DNA of 64,000 bases from Paragordius varius (taxonomy: Eukaryota; Animalia; Nematomorpha), in assembly GCA_964247055.1 (NCBI GenBank), contig OZ176052.1, forward strand, positions 6,820,001 through 6,884,000. Reading direction: 5' to 3'. This document shows positions 24,101 to 39,900 of the stretch, one piece after another. The position numbers and the translations under genes were made by a program. Numbering within the stretch: position 1 is the first letter of the stretch; every line of letters starts with the position of its first letter. The notes beneath the pieces are model-generated. The model saw nothing but the letters and a program-made list of their open reading frames with translations, was not told the DNA's origin and did no database searches.

Positions 24101-27100
24101 ACCAAATATTAATAACAATCAAACAATATTTGCAACAATCATTTTATGTCACCCATTAATATTCCAACAATCAACCATATATTTGGAACAATCAATTTGT
24201 ATTACCCATTAATATTTTAGTCTTTCCAACAATCAACCAAATATTAATAACAATCAAATAATATTTGCAACAATCATTTTATGTCACCCATTAATATTTA
24301 ATTATTCCAACAATCAACCATATATTTGGAACAATCAATTTATGTCACCCATTATATTTTAGTCTTTTCAACAATCAAATAATATTTGCAACAATCCTTT
24401 TATATCACCCATTAATATTTAATCATTCAACAATAAACCATATATTTGCAACAATCAACTTGTATTACCCATTAATATTTTAGTCTTTCCAACAATCAAA
24501 TAATATGTGCAACAATCATTTTATGTCACCCATTAATATTTAATCATTACAACAATAAACCATATATTTGCAACAATCAACTTGTATTAACCATTAATAT
24601 TTTAGTCTTTACAACAATGACCAAATATTTATAACAATCAAATAATATGTGCAACAATCATTTTATGTCACCCATTAATATTTAATCATTACAACAATAA
24701 ACCATATATTTGCAACAATCATTTTATTTCACCCATTAATATTTAATCATTACAACAATAAACCATATATTTGCAACAATCAACTTGTATTACCCATTAA
24801 TATTTTAGTCTTTCCAACAATCAACCAAATATTTATAACAATCAAATAATATGTGCAACAATCATTTTATGTCATCCATTAATATTTAATTATCTCAACA
24901 ATAAACCATATATTTGCAACAATCAACTTGTATTACCCATTAATATTTTAGTCTTTCCAACAATCAACCAAATATTTATAACAATCAAATATTATGTGCA
25001 ACAATCATTTTATGTCACCCATTAATATTTAATCATTACAACAATAAACTATATATTTGCAACAATCAACTTGTATTACCCATTAATATTTTAATCTTTC
25101 CAACAATCAACCAAATATTAATAACAATCAAACAATATTTGCAACAATCATTTTATGTCACCCATTAATATTCCAACAATCAACCATATATTTGGAACAA
25201 TCAATTTGTATTACCCATTAATATTTTAGTCTTTCCAACAATCAACCAAATATTAATAACAATCAAATAATATTAGCAACAATCATTTTATGTCACCCAT
25301 TAATATTTAATTATTCCAACAATCAACCATATATTTGGAACAATCAATTTGTATTACCCATTAATATTTTAGTTTTTCCAACAATCAACCAAATATTAAT
25401 AACAATGATATAATATTTGCTACAATCATTTTATGTCACCCATTAATATTTAATCTTTACAACAATAAACTATATATTTGCAACAATCAACTTGTATTAC
25501 CCATTAATATTTTAATCTTTCCAACAATCAACCAAATATTAATAACAATCAAACAATATTTGCAACAATCATTTTATGTCACCCATTAATATTCCAACAA
25601 TCAACCATATATTTGGAACAATCAATTTGTATTACCCATTAATATTTTAGTCTTTCCAACAATCAACCAAATATTAATAACAATCAAATAATATTTGCAA
25701 CAATCATTTTATGTCACCCATTAATATTTAATTATTCCAACAATCAACCATATATTTGGAACAATCAATTTATGTCACCCATTATATTTTAGTCTTTTCA
25801 ACAATCAAATAATATTTGCAACAATCCTTTTATATCACCCATTAATATTTAATCATTCAACAATAAACCATATATTTGCAACAATCAACTTGTATTACCC
25901 ATTAATATTTTAGTCTTTCCAACAATCAAATAATATGTGCAACAATCATTTTATGTCACCCATTAATATTTAATTATTCCAACAATGAACCATATATTTG
26001 CAATAATCAATTTGTATTACCCATTTATATTTTAGTCTTTACAACAATGACCAAATATTTATAACAATCAAATAATATTTGCAACAATCATTTTATGTCA
26101 CCCATTAATATTTAATCATTCCAACAATCAACCATATGTTTGCAACAATCAATTTATATTACCCATTAATATTATACTCTTTCCAACAATCCTCAAATAT
26201 TTATAACAATCAAATAATATGTGCAACAATCATTTTATGTCACCCATTAATATTCCAACAATCAACCATATATTTGGAACAATCAATTTGTATTACCCAT
26301 TAATATTTTAGTCTTTCCAACAATCAACCAAATATTAATAACAATCAAATAATATTAGCAACAATCATTTTATGTCACCCATTAATATTTAATTATTCCA
26401 ACAATCAACCATATATTTGGAACAATCAATTTGTATTACCCATTAATATTTTAGTTTTTCCAACAATCAACCAAATATTAATAACAATGATATAATATTT
26501 GCTACAATCATTTTATGTCACCCATTAATATTTAATCTTTACAACAATAAACTATATATTTGCAACAATCAACTTGTATTACCCATTAATATTTTAATCT
26601 TTCCAACAATCAACCAAATATTAATAACAATCAAACAATATTTGCAACAATCATTTTATGTCACCCATTAATATTCCAACAATCAACCATATATTTGGAA
26701 CAATCAATTTGTATTACCCATTAATATTTTAGTCTTTCCAACAATCAACCAAATATTAATAACAATCAAATAATATTTGCAACAATCATTTTATGTCACC
26801 CATTAATATTTAATTATTCCAACAATCAACCATATATTTGGAACAATCAATTTATGTCACCCATTATATTTTAGTCTTTTCAACAATCAAATAATATTTG
26901 CAACAATCCTTTTATATCACCCATTAATATTTAATCATTCAACAATAAACCATATATTTGCAACAATCAACTTGTATTACCCATTAATATTTTAGTCTTT
27001 CCAACAATCAAATAATATGTGCAACAATCATTTTATGTCACCCATTAATATTTAATTATTCCAACAATGAACCATATATTTGCAATAATCAATTTGTATT

Positions 27101-27940
27101 ACCCATTTATATTTTAGTCTTTACAACAATGACCAAATATTTATAACAATCAAATAATATTTGCAACAATCATTTTATGTCACCCATTAATATTTAATCA
27201 TTCCAACAATCAACCATATGTTTGCAACAATCAATTTATATTACCCATTAATATTATACTCTTTCCAAAAATCCTCAAATATTTATAACAATCAAATAAT
27301 ATGTGCAACAATCATTTTATGTCACCCATTAATATTTAATCATTCCAACAATCAACCATATGTTTGCAACAATCAATTTATATTACCCATTAATATTATA
27401 CTCTTTCCAACAATCCTCAAATATTTATAACAATCAAATAATATGTGCAACAATCATTTTATGTCACCCATTAATATTTAATTATTCCAACAATGAACCA
27501 TATATTTGCAATAATCAATTTGTATTACCCATTAATATTTTAGTCTTTACAACAATGACCAAATATTTATAACAATCAAATAATATTTGCAACAATCATT
27601 TTATGTCACCCATTAATATTTAATCATTCCAACAATCAACCATATATTTGCAATAATCAATTTATATCACCCATTAATATTTTAGTCTTTCCAACAATCG
27701 ACCAAATATTTATAACAATCAAATAATATTTGCAACAATCATTTTATGTGACCAATAATATTTAATTAGTCCAACAATCAACCAAATATTTATAACAATC
27801 AAATAATATTTGCAACAATCATTTTATGACACCATTAATATTTAATTAATCCAACAATCAACCATATATTTACAATAATCAATTTGTATTACCCATTAAT
27901 ATTTTTGTCTTTTCAACAATCAACCAAATATTTATAACAA
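12181..27940. repeat. Satellite domain I: 142-bp dimer (61-bp + 81-bp units)
   Basis: Alternating CCCATTAATATTTAATTATTCCAACAATCAACCATATATTTGCAACAATCAATTTGTATTA (61) and CCCATTAATATTTTAGTCTTTCCAACAATCAACCAAATATTTATAACAATCAAATAATATTTGCAACAATCATTTTATGCA (81). Period 142 checked at 14641 vs 14783 and by the supplied ORFs at 27218 vs 27360. Confidence 0.95.
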
Positions 27941-30900
27941 ACAAATTATATCACCATTAATATTTTAGTCTTTTCAACAATCAACCGTATATTTTCAACA
28001 ATCAAATTATATCACCCATTAATATTTTAGTATTTCCAACAATCAACCATGTATTTTCAACAATCAAATTCAATCACCTATTAATATTTTAGTATTTCCA
28101 ACAATCAACCAAATATTTTCATCAAATATTTATTAACCATTAATATTTTAGTCTTTCCAACAATCAACCATATATTTTCAACAATTAAATTATATCACCA
28201 TTAATATTTTAGTCTTTCCAACAATCAACCATATAATTTCAACAATCAATATGTATTACCCATTAATATTTTAGTCTTTTCAACAATCAACCGTATATTT
28301 TCAACAATCAAATTATATCACCCATTAATATTTTAGTATTTCCAACAATCAACCATATATTTTCAACAAACAAATTATATCACCATTAATATTTTAGTAT
28401 TTCCAACAGTCAACCATATATTTTCAACAATCAAATTTAATCACCTATTAATATTTTAGTATTTCCAACAATCAATCAAATATTTTCAACAATCAATATG
28501 TATTAACCATTAATATTTTAGTCTTTCCAAAAACCATATATTTTCAACAATTAAATTATATCACCATTAATATTTTAGTCTTTCCAACAATCAACGATAT
28601 AATTTCAACAATCAATATCTATTACTTATTAATAATTTAGACTTTCCAACAATCAACCATATATTTTCAACAATTAAATTATATCACCATTAATATTTTA
28701 GTCTTTCCAACAATCAACCATATAATTTCAACAATCAATATGTATTACCCATTAATATTTTAGTCTTTTCAACAATCAACCGTATATTTTCAACAATCAA
28801 ATTATATCACCCATTAATTTTTTAGTATTTCCAACAATCAACCATGTATTTTCAACAATCAAATTCAATCACCTATTAATATTTTAGTATTTAAAACAAT
28901 AAACCATATATTTTCAACAATTAAATTATATCACCATTAATATTTTAGTCTTTCCAACATTCAACCATATAATTTCAACAATCAATATGTATTACCCATT
29001 AATATTTTAGTCTTTTCAACAATCAACCGTATATTTTCAACAATTAAATTATATCACCCATTAATATTTTAGTATTTCCAACAATCAACCAAATATTTTC
29101 AACAATCAATATGTATTAACCATTAATATTTTAGTCTTTCCAACAATCAACCATATATTTCCAACAAACAAATTATATCACCATTAATATTTTAGTCTTT
29201 TCAACAATCAACCGTATATTTTCAACAATCAAATTATATCACCCATTAATATTTTAGTATTTCCAACAATCAACCATGTATTTTCAACAATCAAATTCAA
29301 TCACATATTAATATTTTAGTATTTCCAACAATCAACCAAATATTTTCATCAAATATTTATTAACCATTAATATTTTAGTCTTTCCAACAATCAACCATAT
29401 ATTTTCAACAAACAAATTATATCACCATTAATATTTTAGTCTTTCCAACAATCAACCATATATTTTCAACAATCAATATGTATTACCCATTAATATTTTA
29501 GTTTTTTCAACAATCAACCAAATATTTCCAACAATCAATATGTATTACCCATTAATATTTTTGTCTTTTCAACAATCAACCAAATATTTATAACAAACAA
29601 ATTATATCACCATTAATATTTTAGTCTTTTCAACAATCAACCGTATATTTTCAACAATCAAATTATATCACCCATTAATATTTTAGTATTTCCAACAATC
29701 AACCATGTATTTTCAACAATCAAATTCAATCACCTATTAATATTTTAGTATTTCCAACAATCAACCAAATATTTTCATCAAATATTTATTAACCATTAAT
29801 ATTTTAGTCTTTCCAACAATCAACCATATATTTTCAACAATTAAATTATATCACCATAAATATTTTAGTCTTTCCAACAATCAACCATATAATTTCAACA
29901 ATTAATATGTATTACCCATTAATATTTTAGTCTTTTCAACAATCAACCGTATATTTTCAACAATCAAATTATATCACCCATTAATATTTTAGTATTTCCA
30001 ACAATCAACCATATATTTTCAACAAACAAATTATATCATCATTAATATTTTAGTATTTCCAACAGTCAACCATATATTTTCAACAATCAAATTCAATCAC
30101 CTATTAATATTTTAGTATTTCCAACAATCAATCAAATATTTTCAACAATCAATATGTATTAACCATTAATATTTTAGTCTTTCCAACAACCATATATTTT
30201 CAACAATTAAATTATATCACCATTAATATTTTAGTCTTTCCAACAATCAACGATATAATTTCAACATCTATTACTTATTAATAATTTAGACTTTCCAACA
30301 ATCAACCATATATTTTCAACAATTAAATTATATCACCATTAATATTTTAGTCTTTCCAACAATCAACCATATAATTTCAACAATCAATATGTATTACCCA
30401 TTAATATTTTAGTCTTTTCAACAATCAACCGTATATTTTCAACAATCAAATTATATCACCCATTAATTTTTTAGTATTTCCAACAATCAACCATGTATTT
30501 TCAACAATCAAATTCAATCACCTATTAATATTTTAGTATTTCCAACAATCAACCATATATTTTCAACAATTAAATTATATCACCATTAATATTTTAGTCT
30601 TTCCAACATTCAACCATATAATTTCAACAATCAATATGTATTACCCATTAATATTTTAGTCTTTTCAACAATCTATATTTTCAACAATTAAATTATATCA
30701 CCCATTAATATTTTAGTATTTCCAACAATCAACCAAATATTTTCAACAATCAATATGTATTAACCATTAATATTTTAGTCTTTCCAACAATCAACCATAT
30801 ATTTCCAACAAACAAACTATATCACCATTAATATTTTAGTCTTTTCAACAATCAACCGTATATTTTCAACAATCAAATTATATCACCCATTAATATTTTA

Positions 30901-33900
30901 GTATTTCCAACAATCAACCATGTATTTTCAACAATCAAATTCAATCACCTATTAATATTTTAGTATTTCCAACAATCAACCAAATATTTTCATCAAATAT
31001 TTATTAACCATTAATATATTAGTCTTTCCAACAATCAACCATATATTTTCAACAATTAAATTATATCACCATTAATATTTTAGTCTTTCCAACAATCAAC
31101 CATATAATTTCAACAATCAATATGTATTACCCATTAATATTTTAGTCTTTTCAACAATCAACCGTATATTTTCAACAATCAAATTATATCACCCATTAAT
31201 ATTTTAGTATTTCCAACAATTAACCATATATTTTCAACAAACAAATTATATCACCATTAATATTTTAGTATTTCCAACAGTCAACCATATATTTTCAACA
31301 ATCAAATTCAATCACCTATTAATATTTTAGTATTTCCAACAATCAATCAAATATTTTCAACAATCAATATGTATTAACCATTTATATTTTAGTCTTTCCA
31401 ACAACCATATATTTTCAACAATTAAATTATATCACCATTAATATTTTAGTCTTTCCAACAATCAACGATATAATTTCAACAATCAATATCTATTACTTAT
31501 TAATAATTTAGACTTTCCAACAATCAACCATATATTTTCAACAATTAAATTATATCACCATTAATATTTTAGTCTTTCCAACAATCAACCATATAATTTC
31601 AACAATCAATATGTATTAACCATTAATATTTTAGTCTTTCCAACAATCAACCATATATTTCCAACAAACAAATTATATCACCATTAATATTTTAGTCTTT
31701 TCAACAATCAACCGTATATTTTCAACAATCAAATTATATCACCCATTAATATTTTAGTATTTCCAACAATCAACCATGTATTTTCAACAATCAAATTCAA
31801 TCACCTATTAATATTTTAGTATTTCCAACAATCAACCAAATATTTTCATCAAATATTTATTAATCATTAATATTTTAGTCTTTCCAACAATCAACCATAT
31901 ATTTTCAAAAACAAAATATATCACCATTAATATTTTAGTCTTTCCAACAATCAACCATATATTTTCAACAATCAATATGTATTACCCATTAATATTTTAG
32001 TTTTTTCAACAATCAACCAAATATTTCCAACAATCAATATGTATTACCCATTAATATTTTTGTCTTTTCAACAATCAACCAAATATTTATAACAAACAAA
32101 TTATATCACCATTAATATTTTAGTCTTTTCAACAATCAACCGTATATTTTCAACAATCAAATTATATCACCCATTAATATTTTAGTATTTCCAACAATCA
32201 ACCATGTATTTTCAACAATCAAATTCAATCACCTATTAAGATTTTAGTATTTCCAACAATCAACCAAATATTTTCATCAAATATTTATTAACCATTAATA
32301 TTTTAGTCTTTCCAACAATCAACCATATATTTTCAACAAACAAATTATATCACCATTAATATTTTAGTCTTTCCAACAATCAACCATATATTTTCAACAA
32401 TCAATATGTATTACCCATTAATATTTTAGTTTTTTCAACAATCAAGCAAATATTTCCAACAATCAATATGTATTACCCATTAATATTTTTGTCTTTTCAA
32501 CAATCAACCAAATATTTATAACAAACAAATTATATCACCATTAATATTTTAGTCTTTTCAACAATCAACCGTATATTTTCAACAATCAAATTATATCACC
32601 CATTAATATTTTAGTATTTCCAACAATCAACCATGTATTTTCAACAATCAAATTCAATCACCTATTAATATTTTAGTATTTCCAACAATCAACCAAATAT
32701 TTTCATCAAATATTTATTAACCATTAATATTTTAGTCTTTCCAACAATCAACCATATATTTTCAACAATTAAATTATATCACCATTAATATTTTAGTCTT
32801 TCCAACAATCAACCATATAATTTCAACAATCAATATGTATTACCCATTAATATTTTAGTCTTTTCAACAATCAACCGTATATTTTCAACAATCAAATTAT
32901 ATCACCCATTAATATTTTAGTATTTCCAACAATCAACCATATATTTTCAACAAACAAATTATATCACCATTAATATTTTAGTATTTCCAACAGTCAACCA
33001 TATATTTTCAACAATCAAATTTAATCACCTATTAATATTTTAGTATTTCCAACAATCAATCAAATATTTTCAACAATCAATATGTATTAACCATTAATAT
33101 TTTAGTCTTTCCAACAATCAACCATATATTTTCAACAATTAAATTATATCACCATTAATATTTTAGTCTTTCCAACAATCAACCATATAATTTCAACAAT
33201 CAATATGTATTACCCATTAATATTTTAGTATTTCCAACAATCAACCATGTATTTTCAACAATCAAATTCAATCACCTATTAATATTTTAGTATTTCCAAC
33301 AATCAACCAAATATTTTCATCAAATATTTATTAACCATTAATATTTTAGTCTTTCCAACAATCAACCATATATTTTCAACAATTAAATTATATCACCATT
33401 AATATTTTAGTCTTTCCAACAATCAACCATATAATTTCAACAATCAATATGTATTACCCATTAATATTTTAGTCTTTTCAACAATCAACCGTATATTTTC
33501 AACAATCAAATTATATCACCGATTAATATTTTAGTATTTCCAACAATCAACCATATATTTTCAACAAACAAATTATATCATCATTAATATTTTAGTATTT
33601 CCAACAGTCAACCATATATTTTCAACAATCAAATTTAATCACCTATTAATATTTTAGTCTTTCCAACAACCATATATTTTCAACAATTAAATTATATCAC
33701 CATTAATATTTTAGTCTTTCCAACAATCAACGATATAATTTCAACAATCAATATCTATTACTTATTAATAATTTAGACTTTCCAACAATCAACCATATAA
33801 TTTCAACAATCAATATGTATTACCCATTAATATTTTAGTCTTTTCAACAATCAACCGTATATTTTCAACAAAATTATATCACCCATTAATATTTTAGTAT

Positions 33901-36900
33901 TTCCAACAATCAACCATATATTTTCAACAATCAAATTCAATCACCTATTAATATTTTAGTATTTCCAACAATCAACCATATATTTTCAACAATTAAATTA
34001 TATCACCATTAATATTTTAGTATTTCCAACAATCAACCAAATATTTTCAACAATCAATATGTATTAACCATTAATATTTTAGTCTTTCCAACAATCAACC
34101 ATATATTTTCAACAATTAAATTATATCACCATTAGTATTTTAGTCTTTCCAACAATCAACCATATAATTTCAACAAACAATATGTATTACCCATTAATAT
34201 TTTAGTCTTTTCAACAATCAACCGTATATTTTCAACAATCAAATTATATCACCCATTAATATTTTATTATTTCCAACAATCAACCATGTATTTTCAACAA
34301 TCAAATTCAATCACCTATTAATATTTTAGTATTTCCAACAATCAACCAAATATTTTCATCAATCAATATTTATTAACCATTAATATTTTAGCCTTTCCAA
34401 CAATCAACCATATATTTTCAACAAACAAATTATATCACCATTAATATTTTAGTCTTTCCAACAATCAACCATATATTTTCAACAATCAATATGTATTACC
34501 CATTAATATTTTAGTCTTTCCAACAATCAACCATATATTTTCAACAATATTATGTATTACCCATTAATATTTTAGTTTTTTCAACAATCAACCATATATT
34601 TTCAACAATCAAATTATATCACCCATTAATATTTTAGTCTTTCCAACAATCAACCATATATTTTCAACAATCAATATGTATTACCCATTAATATTTTAGT
34701 CTTTTCAACAATCAACCATATATTTTCAACAATCAAATTCAATCACCTATTAATATTTTAGTATTTATCAACAATCAACCATATATTTTCAACAATTAAA
34801 TTATATCACCATTAATATTTTAGTCTTTCCAACAATCAACCATATAATTTCAACAATCAATATGTATTACCCATTAATATTTTAGTCTTTTCAACAATCA
34901 ACCGTATATTTTCAACAATCAAATTCTATCACCCATTAATATTTTAGTATTTCCAACATTTAACCATATATTTTCAACAATTAAATTATATCACCATTAA
35001 TATTTTAGTCTTTCCAACAATCAACCATATAATTTCAACAATCAATATGTATTACCCATTAATATTTTAGTCTTTTCAACAATCAACCGTATATTTTCAA
35101 CAAAATTATATCACCCATTAATATTTTAGTATTTCCAACAATCAACCATATATTTTCAACAATCAAATTCAATCACCTATTAATATTTTAGTATTTCAAA
35201 CAATCAACCATATATTTTCAACAATTAAATTATATCACCATTAATATTTTAGTCTTTCCAACAATCAACCATATATTTTCAACAATCAATATGTATTACC
35301 CATTAATATTTTAGTCTTTTCAACAATCAACCATATATTTTCAACAATTAAATTATATCACCATTAGTATTTTAGTCTTTCCAACAATCAACCATATAAT
35401 TTCAACAATCAATATGTATTACCCATTAATATTTTAGTCTTTTCAACAATCAACCGTATATTTTCAACAATCAAATTATATCACCCATTAATATTTTAGT
35501 ATTTCCAACAATCAACCATATATTTTCAACAATCAAATTCAATCACCTATTAATATTTTAGTATTTCCAACAATCAACCAAATATTTTCAACAATCAATA
35601 TGTATTAACCATTAATATTTTAGTCTTTCCAACAATCAACCATATATTTTTAACAAATAAATTATATCACCATTAATATTTTAGTATTTCCAACAATCAA
35701 CCATATATTTTCAACAATCAAATTCAATCACCTATTAATATTTTAGTATTTCCAACAATCAACCAAATATTTTCAACAATCAATATGTATTAACCATTAA
35801 TATTTTAGTCTTTCCAACAACCATATATTTTCAACAATTAAATTATTTCACCATTAATATTTTAGTCTTTCCAACAATCAACGATATAATTTCAACAATC
35901 AATATCTATTACTTATTAATAATTTAGACTTTCCAACAATCAACCATATATTTTCAACAATTAAATTATATCACCATTAATATTTTAGTCTTTCCAACAA
36001 TCAAACATATAATTTCAACAATCAATATGTATTACCCATTAATATTTTAGTATTTCCAACAATCAACCATATATTTTCAACAATCAAATTCAATCACCTA
36101 TTAATATTTTAGTATTTCCAACAATCAACCAAATATTTTCAACAATCAATATGTATTAACCATTAATATTTTAGTCTTTCCAACAACCATATATTTTCAA
36201 CAATTAAATTATTTCACCATTAATATTTTAGTCTTTCCAACAATCAACGATATAATTTCAACAATCAATATCTATTACTTATTAATAATTTAGACTTTCC
36301 AACAATCAACCATATATTTTCAACAATTAAATTATATCACCATTAATATTTTAGTCTTTCCAACAATCAAACATATAATTTCAACAAACAATATCTATTA
36401 CTTATTAATATTTTAGACTTTCCAACAATCAACCATATATTTTCAACAATTAAATTATATCACCATCAATATTTTAGTCTTTCCAACAATCAACCATATA
36501 ATTTCAACAATTAATATGTATTACCCATTAATATTTTAGTCTTTTGAACAATCAACCGTATATTTTCAACAATCAAATTATATCACCCATTAATATTTTA
36601 GTATTTCCAACAATCAACCATATATTTTCAACAATCAAATTCAATCACCTATTAATATTTTAGTATTTATCAACAATCAACCATATAATTTCAACAATTA
36701 AATTATATCACCATTAATATTTTAGTCTTTCCAACAATCAACCATATAATTTCAACAATCAATATGTATTACCCATTAATATTTTAGTCTTTTCAACAAT
36801 CAACCGTATATTTTCAACAATCAAATTCTATCACCCATTAATATTTTAGTATTTCCAACATTTAACCATATATTTTCAACAATTAAATTATATCACCATT

Positions 36901-39900
36901 AATATTTTAGTCTTTCCAACAATCAACCATATATTTTCAACAATCAATATGTATTACCCATTAATATTTTAGTCTTTTCAACAATCAACCGTATATTTTC
37001 AACAAAATTATATCACCCATTAATATTTTAGTATTTCCAACAATCAACCATATATTTTCAACAATCAAATTCAATCACCTATTAATATTTTAGTATTTCC
37101 AACAATCAACCAAATATTTTCAACAATCAATATGTATTAACCATTAATATTTTAGTCTTTCCAACAATCAACCATATATTTTCAACAATTAAATTATATC
37201 ACCATTAGTATTTTAGTCTTTCCAACAATCAACCATATAATTTCAACAATCAATATGTATTACCCATTAATATTTTAGTCTTTTCAACAATCAACCGTAT
37301 ATTTTCAACAATCAAATTATATCACCCATTAATATTTTATTATTTCCAACAATCAACCATGTATTTTCAACAATCAAATTCAATCACCTATTAATATTTT
37401 AGTATTTCCAACAATCAACCAAATATTTTCATCAATCAATATTTATTAACCATTAATATTTTAGCCTTTCCAACAATCAACCATATATTTTCAACAAACA
37501 AATTATATCACCATTAATATTTTAGTCTTTCCAACAATCAACCATATATTTTCAACAATCAATATGTATTACCCATTAATATTTTAGTCTTTCCAACAAT
37601 CAACCATATATTTTCAACAATATTATGTATTACCCATTAATATTTTAGTTTTTTCAACAATCAACCATATATTTTCAACAATCAAATTATATCACCCATT
37701 AATATTTTAGTATTTCCAACAATCAACCATATATTTTCAACAAACAAATTATATCACCATTAATATTTTAGTCTTTCCAACAATCAACCATATAATTTCA
37801 ACAATCAATATGTATTACCCATTAATATTTTAGTCTTTTCAACAATCAACCGTATATTTTCAACAAAATTATATCACCCATTAATATTTTAGTATTTCCA
37901 ACAATCAACCATATATTTTCAACAATCAAATTCAATCACCCTATAATATTTTAGTATTTCAAACAATCAACCATATATTTTCAATTAAATTATATCACCA
38001 TTAATATTTTAGTCTTTCCAACAATCAACCATATATTTTCAACAATCAATATGTATTACCCATTAATATTTTAGTCTTTTCAACAATCAACCATATATTT
38101 TCAACAATTAAATTATATCACCATTAGTATTTTAGTCTTTCCAACAATCAACCATATAATTTCAACAATCAATATGTATTACCCATTAATATTTTAGTAT
38201 TTCCAACAATCAACCATGTATTTTCAACAATCAAATTCAATCACCTATTAATATTTTAGTATTTCCAACAATCAACCAAATATTTTCATCAAATATTTAT
38301 TAACCATTAATATTTTAGTCTTTCCAACAATCAACCATATATTTTCAACAATTAAATTATATCACCATTAATATTTTAGTCTTTCCAACAATCAACCATA
38401 TAATTTCAACAATCAATATGTATTACCCATTAATATTTTAGTCTTTTCAACAATCAACCGTATATTTTCAACAATCAAATTATATCACCGATTAATATTT
38501 TAGTATTTCCAACAATCAACCATATATTTTCAACAAACAAATTATATCACCATTAATATTTTAGTATTTCCAACAGTCAACCATATATTTTCAACAATCA
38601 AATTTAATCACCTATTAATATTTTAGTCTTTCCAACAACCATATATTTTCAACAATTAAATTATATCACCATTAATATTTTAGTCTTTCCAACAATCAAC
38701 GATATAATTTCAACAATCAATATCTATTACTTATTAATAATTTAGACTTTCCAACAATCAACCATATAATTTCAACAATCAATATGTATTACCCATTAAT
38801 ATTTTAGTCTTTTCAACAATCAACCGTATATTTTCAACAAAATTATATCACCCATTAATATTTTAGTATTTCCAACAATCAACCATATATTTTCAACAAT
38901 CAAATTCAATCACCTATTAATATTTTAGTATTTCCAACAATCAACCATATATTTTCAACAATTAAATTATATCACCATTAATATTTTAGTATTTCCAACA
39001 ATCAACCAAATATTTTCAACAATCAATATGTATTAACCATTAATATTTTAGTCTTTCCAACAATCAACCATATATTTTCAACAATTAAATTATATCACCA
39101 TTAGAATTTTAGTCTTTCCAACAATCAACCATATAATTTCAACAATCAATATGTATTACCCATTAATATTTTAGTCTTTTCAACAATCAACCGTATATTT
39201 TCAACAATCAAATTATATCACCCATTAATATTTTATTATTTCCAACAATCAACCATGTATTTTCAACAATCAAATTCAATCACCTATTAATATTTTAGTA
39301 TTTCCAACAATCAACCAAATATTTTCATCAATCAATATTTATTAACCATTAATATTTTAGCCTTTCCAACAATCAACCATATATTTTCAACAAACAAATT
39401 ATATCACCATTAATATTTTAGTCTTTCCAACAATCAACCATATATTTTCAACAATCAATATGTATTACCCATTAATATTTTAGTCTTTCCAACAATCAAC
39501 CATATATTTTCAACAATATTATGTATTACCCATTAATATTTTAGTTTTTTCAACAATCAACCATATATTTTCAACAATCAAATTATATCACCCATTAATA
39601 TTTTAGTCTTTCCAACAATCAACCATATATTTTCAACAATCAATATGTATTACCCATAAATATTTTAGTCTTTTCAACAATCAACCATATATTTTCAACA
39701 ATCAAATTCAATCACCTATTAATATTTTAGTATTTATCAACAATCAACCATATATTTTCAACAATTAAATTATATCACCATTAATATTTTAGTCTTTCCA
39801 ACAATCAACCATATAATTTCAACAATCAATATGTATTACCCATTAATATTTTAGTCTTTTCAACAATCAACCGTATATTTTCAACAATCAAATTCTATCA

